From the NCBI GenBank assembly GCA_000025185.1, contig CP001848.1, forward strand, positions 5,040,001-5,072,000: a stretch of DNA of 32,000 bases, in the 5' to 3' direction. Source of the DNA: Pirellula staleyi DSM 6068. Lineage in GTDB: Bacteria; Planctomycetota; Planctomycetia; Pirellulales; Pirellulaceae. The notes beneath the pieces are model-generated. The model was not told where the DNA came from, did not search any database, and was given only the letters and a program-made list of their open reading frames with translations. Below, one piece after another: positions 23,894 through 32,000 of this stretch (positions within the stretch are counted from its first letter, which is position 1; each line of letters opens with the position of its first letter). A program made the translations under genes and the position numbers.

Positions 23894-25018
23894 TTAGTGT
23901 TTTCCTTTGCCGAGTAGCTCTTTGATTTCGACAGCCCGGTGCTCTTTCACCGAGAGATAGCAGGCGTCGACCAGGGCCATGGTCTTCAGGTTATCCAGCC
24001 CGCTGATGGTCGGCTGTTCGCCATTCTCGAGAGCGATCAACAGTTCGGCCATCGTTCCGCCAAAAGCGTCGGGGAACCAAACTTCTTTCCAGCGTGGAGA
24101 AAGCCAGTAGTTCCCTTGCTCGGTGGTTGTAAAGTCGAGTGTGCTGGGCGTTGGATGAGGATAGTCGGGCCAGCCGATCGTCCCCTTGGCAAGTCCCTTA
24201 AGCCCCTCGACGCGCCACTTGATACCAATGTCGGCCTGAGCCCCTTCGAGTGCCGGACCGGTCCAAACGTCGTCGCACGCCATGGCGCGGAGTCCGTTTT
24301 CGTACTCCAAGATGTAGAGGCAGATGCCGTCGGAATGCTCGAACTTCTTCGCCGTGCGAGGATCGGGTCTGACACTGGCAAATACGCGCACTGGATCGCC
24401 AAACAGATAGCGAAACGTATCGAGATGGTGAATCGACATGATGCGAAGCGTCACCCAACCTTGGCGCTGTTGCCACGGCATCCAGTGGGGAATGGCCCGC
24501 ATATCAATCGTCGCGAGCACCGCCTCGCCCAGCAGGTCGCGCTCGAGCAAACATTTGAGCGCGCGGATTGAGTGATCGAACCGCATGTTTTGATTCACGG
24601 CCAGTGTGACACCTGCTCGTTTGCAGAGTGCAACAATCTCGCGAGCCTGCTGCAAATTCGCGCCGAGTGGCTTTTGCGCAAGGATGCCGCGCACATGCTT
24701 TTTGTAAGCCAGAACGTTGCGAATCACTTCGATTTGCGTGTCGGGTGGCACTGCGATATCGACCACCTCGACCTTGCCACTGGCGAGCATTTCTTGATAG
24801 GTATCAAACGCCTCGAGTCCATGTTGCTCGGCAATGCGCTGCGCATGAGCAGGAGTGCGCGACGCAATCGCTACCGGATTGAAACCTGCTTTGCGATAGG
24901 CCACGAGATGACAATCGGCCATCACAAAACCACTACCAATGCAGCCGATCGGCGCCGATCGATCGCGAGGCATCGGGGGTAAATAATCGAGTTCGAGATT
25001 CAGCGACTTCTTGGCCAT
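23894..25018 (-). CDS. Gfo/Idh/MocA-family NAD(P)-dependent oxidoreductase
   Basis: ATG at 25018 (MAKKSLNL...). The Rossmann motif is IGCIGSGFV, and AQKPLG occupies the EKP-motif position. The alpha/beta C-terminal domain is typical of the family. Confidence 0.85.
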   Translation of the reverse strand: MAKKSLNLELDYLPPMPRDRSAPIGCIGSGFVMADCHLVAYRKAGFNPVAIASRTPAHAQRIAEQHGLEAFDTYQEMLASGKVEVVDIAVPPDTQIEVIRNVLAYKKHVRGILAQKPLGANLQQAREIVALCKRAGVTLAVNQNMRFDHSIRALKCLLERDLLGEAVLATIDMRAIPHWMPWQQRQGWVTLRIMSIHHLDTFRYLFGDPVRVFASVRPDPRTAKKFEHSDGICLYILEYENGLRAMACDDVWTGPALEGAQADIGIKWRVEGLKGLAKGTIGWPDYPHPTPSTLDFTTTEQGNYWLSPRWKEVWFPDAFGGTMAELLIALENGEQPTISGLDNLKTMALVDACYLSVKEHRAVEIKELLGKGKH

Positions 25019-25059
25019 CGCAATCACTTTCAGAGAGGCAATCAGCGGCGCGTGCTCAG

Positions 25060-25881
25060 TTACTCGGCAAGCCCCGTGCGAGACATCAGCAAGCGTGTCG
25101 CTGCATACGCTTCGGTGACCCACTCGACAATTTTGTCGGGCTCGGGGGAGTACTCGAGTTCAATCGACATCGCGCCGTCGATCTGCAACGCGGCAAGCTC
25201 TTGCAAGTAAGGCTCAAAAGGAACGACACCACGTCCGGGTGGCAGATCGCCATGCTTTTTCCCATCGCAATCGCTGATGTGCACATGGGCCGCAAGCGAG
25301 CGAAGTTTTCGCAACTCTTCGGGCTGCACGCCTGCCAACAGCAAGTGCGAAATATCGATATTCGCCTTGATTTGCGGGTGATTGACGTCGCGCAGCAATT
25401 GCACCATGCGATCGACACTGTTGACCAGCGACAAGGGAAACGGTTCAAGTTCGATGGCGATCTCGACACCGAGCCCACCTGCATAATCCCCCAAACGTTT
25501 GCAGTTATCGACTGCGGTTTGCCACTGCTCGGCAGGTGCGATCACTTCCTGGTTCCAGACATACTCGCCAAGTACCAGCAGCACATTCTTGGCGTGATAC
25601 TCGTAGGCTAGATCGAGATACTCTTGCACTCGATCGACATGAAACCGCTGCACGCTCGGATTGAAATCCACAAGTCCGAGCGCCACACAGCAGAGCGAAA
25701 CAATCGGCAGATCGATTTCCGCACAGACCTTGGGAATAAGCCGGCGCTCGCGGATGTCGATATCGAGCGGATCGACAAACAGATCGACGTGATCGAAGCC
25801 AATTTCTTTAGTCTTACGAAGTCCGTATTCGGTAGGCTGACCAGCCTGAACCCAAGCCGAATTGATGAGTCCTAGTTTCAT
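25060..25881 (-). CDS. Xylose-isomerase-like TIM-barrel protein (sugar phosphate isomerase/epimerase family)
   Basis: 273 aa. It begins [10 protein letters not shown] and carries the blocks [16 protein letters not shown] and HVHISDCDG. Confidence 0.85.
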   Translation of the reverse strand: MKLGLINSAWVQAGQPTEYGLRKTKEIGFDHVDLFVDPLDIDIRERRLIPKVCAEIDLPIVSLCCVALGLVDFNPSVQRFHVDRVQEYLDLAYEYHAKNVLLVLGEYVWNQEVIAPAEQWQTAVDNCKRLGDYAGGLGVEIAIELEPFPLSLVNSVDRMVQLLRDVNHPQIKANIDISHLLLAGVQPEELRKLRSLAAHVHISDCDGKKHGDLPPGRGVVPFEPYLQELAALQIDGAMSIELEYSPEPDKIVEWVTEAYAATRLLMSRTGLAE

Positions 25882-25938
25882 CGTCGTAGGCGCATTTCTC
25901 GAAAGGATGAATGGGAAACAGCAGCAGAGCGAAGTGCG

Positions 25939-26292
25939 TTAACGATAGTCGTCGCGAATCGGATGGAAGATATCAATCGCTTTGGCGGGATTCGCGCCGG
26001 CAACGACAGAATGCTCAATTCCCCCAGGAATTCGCCACATTTCACCCGGCCCGAGCGTTTGCACTTGGCCACCGATGTTGAAGGTCAGCTCACCTTCCAC
26101 GAGCACACCCACTTGCTCGTGTGGGTGCTGATGCGGAGCGACTTTCGAGTTTGGTTCGAACGTGACGATTGAAATCATCATCTGCTGCCCGGGCATGGTC
26201 GCGATGTCGACCCCTGGAAAAATCGTATGCTTCGAGCACTCGTCTAGCTTGACAAAGTAACTCTGTTGTTCGGGAGTAGTTCCTGAAGACAT
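25939..26292 (-). CDS. Cupin-domain protein
   Basis: 117 aa. Cupin motif 1 is APHQHPHEQVGVLVEG and motif 2 is GPGEMWRIPGGIEHS. Confidence 0.85.
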   Translation of the reverse strand: MSSGTTPEQQSYFVKLDECSKHTIFPGVDIATMPGQQMMISIVTFEPNSKVAPHQHPHEQVGVLVEGELTFNIGGQVQTLGPGEMWRIPGGIEHSVVAGANPAKAIDIFHPIRDDYR

Positions 26293-26364
26293 CGCTGCGA
26301 CTTCCTTTGTACTTCGCTACGGAGAACAAGCGTTTCGAGAGAACTTCCCCAGAGCAGCAAGGCG

Positions 26365-28485
26365 CTAGGGAGCATCTTCCGAAGACGAGAGAGGAGGGGA
26401 CGGGAGCTTTGATAGCCGATCGCGCGCTTCACTGACAGATGGAGCAGCATACGAGCGATCGCCATACAGCTTGATGATCGCTTCGTAGATGGCTCGCGAC
26501 TGAGTGGGGTCTGATGACTCAAGCGATTTGGCCTGAGCTAGTTTTTGCGCGAGCAGATTGCCGGTGCTGCTGGAGCTTTGTGCGTTTTGCGAGCGGAGCT
26601 GCGTGAGCTGTTGCCGCGCGAGTTGCAGGCATTGCTCGATGCGCCGCGACTCGACGAGCGAAAGATCCTTGACACTGGTTTGGTCGAAGATCACCAGCAG
26701 CGCGGCAAGACGTTCTGCAGCGAGCGGCGGATCGGCTGCAATGAGCGGCAACACTTCGAGGTAAGCCCGTTCGACCGGCAGCAAACCTTCGCTGCTCGAA
26801 GGCCGACGCGCACGAAGTTCAAAGCGACGCTGCAGCCGAAAAAGCTCCAGATCGCTCTCGAGTTTTCGAAACGCCTCGACGCGTGAATCCTCCGGAAATC
26901 TCGCAATGAAATTGACGAGGTCCTGCTCCGCCTCGGCCAGCTTCAGGGGGTCTTCATCCGCTGCCGCAGCTTCGATGCGCGCGGCCAATTGATCTGCCGT
27001 CGCCTGCCGCGTGGCAAAGTACACACCTGCCACCACCACGGCTGTTGCCAGGAGCAACATCGCGCCAACTTTCAGCCAGCCGATCATGGGAGATTCGTCG
27101 GCTTCTTCACGTCGCTCGCCGTGTCGCAATTGCGCTTCGGTCACTTGGGTGAAGTGCGTGCTGCGTGTCACCGGCGCGAGCTGTGGCTCGTCGCTCGACG
27201 CCCCTTCGAGAGGCGCGAGACTTGCGCCCTCATCGCTGGGGGCAACAGCGGTGCGCGATCGCGCTGGTGGAGCCGGATTCAAGAGCGAAGGGTTCCCTTC
27301 GGCGGTGATCATCGTCGGCATCTCGCCCGCCAGCGAAGGGAGCGAACTCCCCGTGCCCCCGCGAGTTACGGCGCTCGTGCTGGGTGTAAAAACGCCGGTC
27401 AGCGCCAAGCCATCTCCCTCGATTCGGTAATCCGCATCACCCGCCGCTGGCATCGGTCCTGTCGGACCCGCCGGGGGCACAGCGCGCGCGCCAGGCGCAA
27501 CTTGCGCAACATTTGGCGCGCCCCTCGGGGGCTGAACTTTCGAGGCCACCGTTTTTGATTTGTCGAGCCCCGCGCCGGCGGCTGTGCTAGGTGCAAGCGG
27601 CGCTAGTCGGAGTTCCCCCTCCTCCTGAACCTCGTCTTTGCTGACCGGCAGCGGACGGGTCTCGAGCGAAAGTGCGTGCTCCATCGCCTTCAGTCGATTC
27701 GCCACCGCCACCGCTGTCGGAATTCGTTTCGACGGATCTTTCTCGAGCAACTGCAGAATGATGCTCTCGAGCTCTTCCGGCGTATCCGGCGCAAGACGTC
27801 GAATCGGAATCGGCGGCTCTTTCCGAAGTCGCTCGAGCACCTCCGGCAGCGAGCGTCCATGAAATGGGGGCTTGCCACACAACAGCGCGTGCAGCACCGA
27901 ACCAAGCGAATAAAGATCGCAGCGGCTGGTCGTGTTCTTCCCCTCCGCTTGCTCGGGAGCCATGTAGTCGGCTGTCCCCATCACACTCCCGTCGCTCGTC
28001 ATGCTCGTGTTGCCATAGAGCTTGGCGATGCCGAAGTCGGTCAGCTTCACCTGGTCGCTCTTGTCGAGCATCAGATTCGCGGGCTTTAAGTCGCGATGCA
28101 CAATTCCTCGGTCGTGGGCATGCTTCAGCGCTCGGGCAATCTCGACCCCAATGCGCGTCACCTCGCGCCAGTTGAAACGCCGCCCGGCCGACAACTCTTC
28201 CTGCAGACTCTTCCCCTCGACCAGTTCCATCACGTAGTAGAGATGTCCCTCGTCCTCGCCATACCCTTGCAGCCGCACAATGTTGGGGTGGAGCAGCTTC
28301 TTCAGAGCCTCCACCTCACCTTTGAAGCGTTCGCGAAACGGCTCGTCGTCGGCGAGCATCGGCACCAGCACCTTCACAGCCACCCGTTCTTCGGATTCGA
28401 TGTGCCGCCCGACATACACCGCTCCCATGCCGCCGCGACCGAGCATTTTTTCGAGCCGGAAAGGGCCCAGCTTTTCGATGGCCAT
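26365..28485 (-). CDS. Membrane-anchored Hanks-type Ser/Thr protein kinase with an extracytoplasmic helical C-terminal domain
   Basis: ATG at 28485 (MAIEKLGPFRLEKMLGRGGMGAVYVG). Kinase motifs are VAVKVL, HRDLKPANL, DFGIAK and YMAPEQ. A Pro/Ala-rich linker and the TM segment IGWLKVGAMLLLATAVVVAGVYF are followed by a helical domain of about 215 aa. Confidence 0.92.
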   Translation of the reverse strand: MAIEKLGPFRLEKMLGRGGMGAVYVGRHIESEERVAVKVLVPMLADDEPFRERFKGEVEALKKLLHPNIVRLQGYGEDEGHLYYVMELVEGKSLQEELSAGRRFNWREVTRIGVEIARALKHAHDRGIVHRDLKPANLMLDKSDQVKLTDFGIAKLYGNTSMTSDGSVMGTADYMAPEQAEGKNTTSRCDLYSLGSVLHALLCGKPPFHGRSLPEVLERLRKEPPIPIRRLAPDTPEELESIILQLLEKDPSKRIPTAVAVANRLKAMEHALSLETRPLPVSKDEVQEEGELRLAPLAPSTAAGAGLDKSKTVASKVQPPRGAPNVAQVAPGARAVPPAGPTGPMPAAGDADYRIEGDGLALTGVFTPSTSAVTRGGTGSSLPSLAGEMPTMITAEGNPSLLNPAPPARSRTAVAPSDEGASLAPLEGASSDEPQLAPVTRSTHFTQVTEAQLRHGERREEADESPMIGWLKVGAMLLLATAVVVAGVYFATRQATADQLAARIEAAAADEDPLKLAEAEQDLVNFIARFPEDSRVEAFRKLESDLELFRLQRRFELRARRPSSSEGLLPVERAYLEVLPLIAADPPLAAERLAALLVIFDQTSVKDLSLVESRRIEQCLQLARQQLTQLRSQNAQSSSSTGNLLAQKLAQAKSLESSDPTQSRAIYEAIIKLYGDRSYAAPSVSEARDRLSKLPSPPLSSSEDAP

Positions 28486-28799
28486 CGGAGCACAACCTCG
28501 TCGACATGCGAGACAAGAAGTCAGAAACCCTCCGCGCAGCGAGCAGCCCGCCGGCAGAAGCTCGCATTGTAAATCGCTGCGCAGCAAACGGTCGAACGAA
28601 TTCCGTAAGGAGCCTGCAGCAGGCCGCTAGCAAAGCAAAACTTCTCCGCTCGCGACTTCGGCCCCTCCCTCTGCGAAAAATTCCTAACCACTTACATAAA
28701 AGCAGCTTACAACCTACAATCACGCCAGTCTGGGCCTGTTCTCCAGCGGCGATTTGGCCAGTTGTACGGAAAAAACCGCGACCCAGGCATAATCCCCAC

Positions 28800-28828
28800 T
28801 TGATAACCGGCAGGGTCGTCGGCATATT
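28800..28828 (+). promoter_or_regulatory. Candidate sigma-70-type promoter for rpsD
   Basis: TTGATA (28800-28805), a 17-nt spacer, then CATATT (28823-28828), about 50 nt upstream of the rpsD ATG. An AAGGAG ribosome-binding site lies at 28861-28866. Confidence 0.3.
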
Positions 28829-28876
28829 AAGGGGCTTGACTCAGTGTTTTTCGTTTGGTGAAGGAGTGGGTTGTCG

Positions 28877-29485
28877 ATGGCTCGATACCATGGTCCGAAA
28901 GCTCGCGTGAATCGTCGTCTCGGGGCACTCATTTATGAGGCAGCAGGTGCCGCCCGTGCGCTCGAACGTCGCGACAACCCGCCCGGCATGCACATTAAGG
29001 GTCGTCGCCTCTCGAACTGGGGTATGGCCTCGGCCGAGAAGCAGAAGATCAAGCACTACTACGGTTTGGGCGAACGCCAACTCCGTAAGTACTACCATAT
29101 GGTGGCCGCGAAGAAGGGTAACACCGGCGAACAGCTGCTCACCCTCTGCGAACGCCGCCTGGACAACGTGGTCCGCCGCGCTGGCTACACGAAGACCCGT
29201 CCCCAAGCCCGTCAGGGCATTGTGCACGGTCACTTCTTCGTCAACGGCGTGAAGGTCACGAGCCCCAGCTATCAGCTCCGCCCCGGCGACGTGATCACCA
29301 TCCGTCCGAAGGAAGCGATCTACGGTCTGTACAAGGGTGTGTGTGATAACCACGCTCCCCAGACTCCCGAATGGCTCACCTTCGACAGCGAATCGCTCCG
29401 CGCCACCATGATGGGCATTCCTGGTCCTGGCGATTACAGCCTGCCAGTGAACGTTGACATCGTGGTCGAATTCCTGTCGCGTTAA
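28877..29485 (+). CDS. rpsD: 30S ribosomal protein S4
   Basis: MARYHGPKARVNRRLG...EKQKIKHYYGLGERQLRKYY...GNTGEQLLTLCERRLDNVVRRAGY...ARQGIVHGHFFVNG is collinear with bacterial S4. The AAGGAG site lies 10 nt upstream of the ATG. Confidence 0.96.
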   Translation: MARYHGPKARVNRRLGALIYEAAGAARALERRDNPPGMHIKGRRLSNWGMASAEKQKIKHYYGLGERQLRKYYHMVAAKKGNTGEQLLTLCERRLDNVVRRAGYTKTRPQARQGIVHGHFFVNGVKVTSPSYQLRPGDVITIRPKEAIYGLYKGVCDNHAPQTPEWLTFDSESLRATMMGIPGPGDYSLPVNVDIVVEFLSR

Positions 29486-29587
29486 GCGACTGGATACTTC
29501 CTCGAGAGCTGCTCGATCAGCGTCGCGACGAACTGTCCCGACGCTCGGCACGTGGCTCCTCTCGAAGAGCCCCCGCCCGACACACCC

Positions 29588-29631
29588 AAAAACCGTTTGC
29601 TGCGACCAATCCTCGCGTCAAACGGTTTTTT
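29588..29631 (+). terminator. Rho-independent terminator after rpsD
   Basis: aaaaaccgtttgctgcga-ccaatcc-tcgcgtcaaacggtttttt forms a stem of about 17 bp (one mismatch, one G-U) with a 7-nt loop and a 6-T tract. The preceding A-run gives it a bidirectional shape. Confidence 0.78.
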
Positions 29632-29810
29632 CGTGCGCACTGACGATCATTTACCCTGCTTTCTGCGTGAATTTACCCCTGAATTCATCCACAACTGCAG
29701 CCGGCTGATCCTTGTTGGAACAATCGCTACGCGCTAAGATATTTCTAGCTGGCAGCGAATGCCCCAACCGATCAATCCCCACAAACTTTCAGCTTAGTAA
29801 GACACGCGCG

Positions 29811-31247
29811 ATGCACACCCCTTTGGTTGTTCTTGGTGGAGGTCCCGGCGGTTACGCCGCTGCTTTTCTCGCGGCCGACGAAGGGCTTGATGTCGTTCTG
29901 ATCGAAAGCGAACCACGACTCGGTGGCAGCTGCCTGCTGCGCGGCTGTATTCCGTCGAAAGCGCTACTGCATGTCGCCCGGGTTATCAGCGAAACCCGCG
30001 AACTGACAGCCGAATGGGGTGTCGAGTTTACCGATCCCAAGATCAGCGTCGACAAAGTCCGTGCCCGTAAAGACAAAGTGATCTCGAACCTTTCGACCGG
30101 TCTCAAAGGACTGGCGAAAAAGCGGAACGTGAAGGTGATCACCGGCAAGGGTGTTTTTGAAAACAGTACGACCATTCGCATCGAAGGGACCGATCCTTCG
30201 ATTCCTGAAGACCGGACCGTGACGTTCGACTATTGCATCGTCGCCACCGGCAGCTTCCCCACGATGCCGCCGAACTTCAACATCGGCAGCGACCGGGTGA
30301 TGGACTCGACCGGCGCCCTAGCACTCGCCGATATCCCCGAAACGATGCTGGTGATTGGTGGCGGCTATATCGGCCTCGAAATGGGGACGGTCTACGCCAA
30401 CCTCGGAACCAAGGTGAGTGTCGTCGAGCTAACCGACGGTCTGCTGATGGGTGCCGATCGCGATCTGGTGAAACCGCTCGCACGTCACCTCGACAAGCTG
30501 TTCGGCGGACGGATCTTCCTGAACACGAAAGTTGGCTCGATTGGCCTGCGTGGCGACAAAGTGGAAGTCGCTTTTGAAGGCCCGGCCAAGTACGGGACCG
30601 AGCAATACGACCGGGTTCTCGTGTCGGTAGGACGACGCCCCAACAGCCGCGGTTTCGGCCTCGAAAACACGCAGGTGGAAGTGAATCAAAAGGGGTTCAT
30701 CGTTTGCGATCGGTCGCAGCGCACCGCCGATCCCCACATCCTGGCGATTGGCGATATTGCAGGCGAGCCGATGCTCGCTCACAAAGCTTCGCACGAAGCC
30801 AAAGTGGCGGTGGAAGTGATCCTCGGCAAGAATGTAGTGTTCGATAAGCAAGCGATTCCAGCGGTGGTCTTCACCGATCCCGAAATCGCTTGGGCCGGTC
30901 TCACGGAAGATCAAGCCAAGCGCGAAGGTCGCAAGGTCGAGATCGCCATCTATCCTTGGGCCGCTTCGGGACGCGCTCAAGCGATCGGTCGTTTGGAAGG
31001 GCTCACCAAGTGGCTCATCGATCCTGAAACCGAACGGGTTTTGGGCTGCGGTATCGTTGGACCTGGAGCAGGGGAGATGATTTCGGAAGCAGCGCTCGCC
31101 ATCGAAATGGGCTGCGTGGTTCGCGACCTCACCGAGACGATCCACCCGCATCCGACGCTCAGCGAAACGATGATGAACGCTGGCGAAACGTTCTTCGGCA
31201 CCGCCACCGAGATCTACAAACCCAAACGCCACGCCGCCGAAGCATAG
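29811..31247 (+). CDS. lpdA: Dihydrolipoyl dehydrogenase (E3 component)
   Basis: ATG at 29811. The FAD motif is VVLGGGPGGYAAAF, the redox disulfide is GGSCLLRGCIPSKALL, the NAD motif is VIGGGYIGLEMG, and the C-terminal interface motif is HPHPTLSE. Confidence 0.93.
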   Translation: MHTPLVVLGGGPGGYAAAFLAADEGLDVVLIESEPRLGGSCLLRGCIPSKALLHVARVISETRELTAEWGVEFTDPKISVDKVRARKDKVISNLSTGLKGLAKKRNVKVITGKGVFENSTTIRIEGTDPSIPEDRTVTFDYCIVATGSFPTMPPNFNIGSDRVMDSTGALALADIPETMLVIGGGYIGLEMGTVYANLGTKVSVVELTDGLLMGADRDLVKPLARHLDKLFGGRIFLNTKVGSIGLRGDKVEVAFEGPAKYGTEQYDRVLVSVGRRPNSRGFGLENTQVEVNQKGFIVCDRSQRTADPHILAIGDIAGEPMLAHKASHEAKVAVEVILGKNVVFDKQAIPAVVFTDPEIAWAGLTEDQAKREGRKVEIAIYPWAASGRAQAIGRLEGLTKWLIDPETERVLGCGIVGPGAGEMISEAALAIEMGCVVRDLTETIHPHPTLSETMMNAGETFFGTATEIYKPKRHAAEA

Positions 31248-31330
31248 ACGCACTCGCCGACGAAATCGCCACAGCTCGAGCATGGGCTAGTGCTTGGCGC
31301 AGCTCAACAAAGCGAGGACTTTCTAGAGTT

Positions 31331-31365
31331 GCACACTGCTGGACAAGCCAGCTAGTAGCCACCCC
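31331..31365. repeat. Interspersed repeat, copy A (degenerate)
   Basis: gcacactgctggacaagccagc (31331-31352) is identical to 31701-31722, followed by tagtagccacccc versus agtgccacccc in copy B. Confidence 0.85.
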
Positions 31366-31401
31366 GCTTTGCCTGGCATTGATTGCTAGACAGACCTGTA
31401 G

Positions 31402-31427
31402 GTCAGGTCCCCTCTCAGGGACCTGAC
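31402..31427. other. Perfect 10-bp GC-rich hairpin
   Basis: gtcaggtccc-ctctca-gggacctgac. Confidence 0.8.
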
Positions 31428-31553
31428 GGGAGAGGAGTTCGCCAGCCGAGAGACCGTTGTGGTTTCGAGGCCCCGCGATCCGGGTCAGCGGATGCAATCA
31501 CACCGCATGAGAATAGTGCGGCGTCGTACTAAAATCGCCAAGCGGTTTGCCCT

Positions 31554-31645
31554 GCAGCATGCTTCTGCTGATTCATGCTGCTTGTTCGGTGAATCCGGAC
31601 CTACTTTCTGCAGCATGCTCCTGCTGCTAACGCGACAGGAGCATG
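31554..31645. repeat. Two related stem-loops built on a 19-nt direct repeat
   Basis: ctgcagcatgcttctgctg (31552-31570) and ctgcagcatgctcctgctg (31608-31626) differ at one position. Stem-loop 1 is gcagcatg/catgctgc (31554-31581) and stem-loop 2 is catgctcctg/caggagcatg (31614-31645). Both have 12-nt loops. Confidence 0.8.
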
Positions 31646-31697
31646 GCACCCAGATCAAACATAGAGTCCCTGTGTACTTCTCACTGGACAGAGCCCA

Positions 31698-31733
31698 GTG
31701 GCACACTGCTGGACAAGCCAGCAGTGCCACCCC
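31698..31733. repeat. Interspersed repeat, copy B (intact hairpin form)
   Basis: gtggcacactgctgg-acaag-ccagcagtgccac forms 13 bp with a 2-nt bulge. It shares the 22-mer with copy A. Confidence 0.85.
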
Positions 31734-31825
31734 GGCGCAGCTCAGCCAAGCTAGGGCCTTGCCTCGAAGTTCTTGTCCGGTGGAACCGGACCTACCCACG
31801 AGATTGGTTGCTAGATGAACTACGA

Positions 31826-32000
31826 ATGCTGGCATTGGCTCAGTTCCCGGGGATCGAGGAACTGGTGCCGATTGCAGGCTTACTTGCGGCAGTCGATGCG
31901 CCCGTAGTGAGCGATTCTGTGGCAACGCATCACTGGCTGCTGATCTCTGACACTAAACCCCTGGCATTCTTTCGCTTGGGGGTTTACAACAACGTGGCAA
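31826..32000 (+). CDS. Possible 5' end of a CDS running off the window (unknown function)
   Basis: This frame stays open from at least 31643 to the window end and is absent from the ORF track, presumably because it has no stop in the window. From the ATG at 31826 it reads MLALAQFPGIEELVPIAGLLAAVDAPVVSDSVATHHWLLISDTKPLAFFRLGVYNNVA. The start is uncertain and no family was recognised. Confidence 0.3.
   Translation, partial: MLALAQFPGIEELVPIAGLLAAVDAPVVSDSVATHHWLLISDTKPLAFFRLGVYNNVA

Noticed and set aside
28836-28864. Alternative rpsD promoter using TTGACT at 28836-28841
   Set aside because: No acceptable -10 hexamer lies at 16-18 nt spacing, and the element would overlap the ribosome-binding site. 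The TTGATA-N17-CATATT candidate fits better.
28841-29551. 236-aa minus-strand ORF
   Set aside because: It is antisense to rpsD, which is unambiguous.
30429-31283. 284-aa minus-strand ORF
   Set aside because: It is antisense to lpdA, which has FAD, NAD, redox-disulfide and HPHPTLSE motifs.
31331-31733. Possible CRISPR array, given the repeated 22-mer
   Set aside because: There are only two copies, 370 nt apart, with other unrelated repeats between them. There is no regular repeat-spacer periodicity and there are no cas genes.
31459-31925. ORFs 31459..31818 (plus strand) and 31485..31925 (minus strand)
   Set aside because: They overlap each other and are built from the interspersed repeats and hairpins. 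The translations are Arg/Cys/Ser-rich and not protein-like.

Overview
GC-rich bacterial chromosomal window whose gene content looks like Planctomycetota (Pirellulales-like). That assignment is inference from two DUF1559 pseudopilin-like proteins, many secreted or lipoproteins, Gfo/Idh/MocA plus xylose-isomerase-TIM sugar genes, and a membrane Ser/Thr kinase. I support 25 complete CDS plus one possible partial CDS at the right edge. I see no rRNA, tRNA, CRISPR, transposase or integrase. All family calls come from motif recognition by eye; no HMM or BLAST search was possible. Layout, left to right: yqgE-like gene; a histidine kinase/OmpR regulator pair diverging from a vWA-like lipoprotein and a glycosylasparaginase; a minus-strand run of desaturase, UbiA prenyltransferase, TIM barrel and AP-family phosphodiesterase; an RRM protein with a long Gly/Tyr/Arg tail; a 10-kb all-minus-strand block; a Ser/Thr kinase followed by cupin, TIM barrel and Gfo/Idh/MocA genes; monocistronic rpsD; lpdA; and a repeat/hairpin-rich noncoding region. 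The best candidates for an undescribed system are: (1) the desaturase plus eboC/E/F-like operon at 6.9-11.3 kb; (2) the 12.8-22.9 kb block, in which two paralogous lipoprotein->DUF1559 cassettes bracket a penta-heme PA14 cytochrome, a beta-propeller protein and an ATPase-less ABC-2 permease pair; (3) the RRM protein with a FUS-like tail and a GU-rich tandem repeat in its leader.
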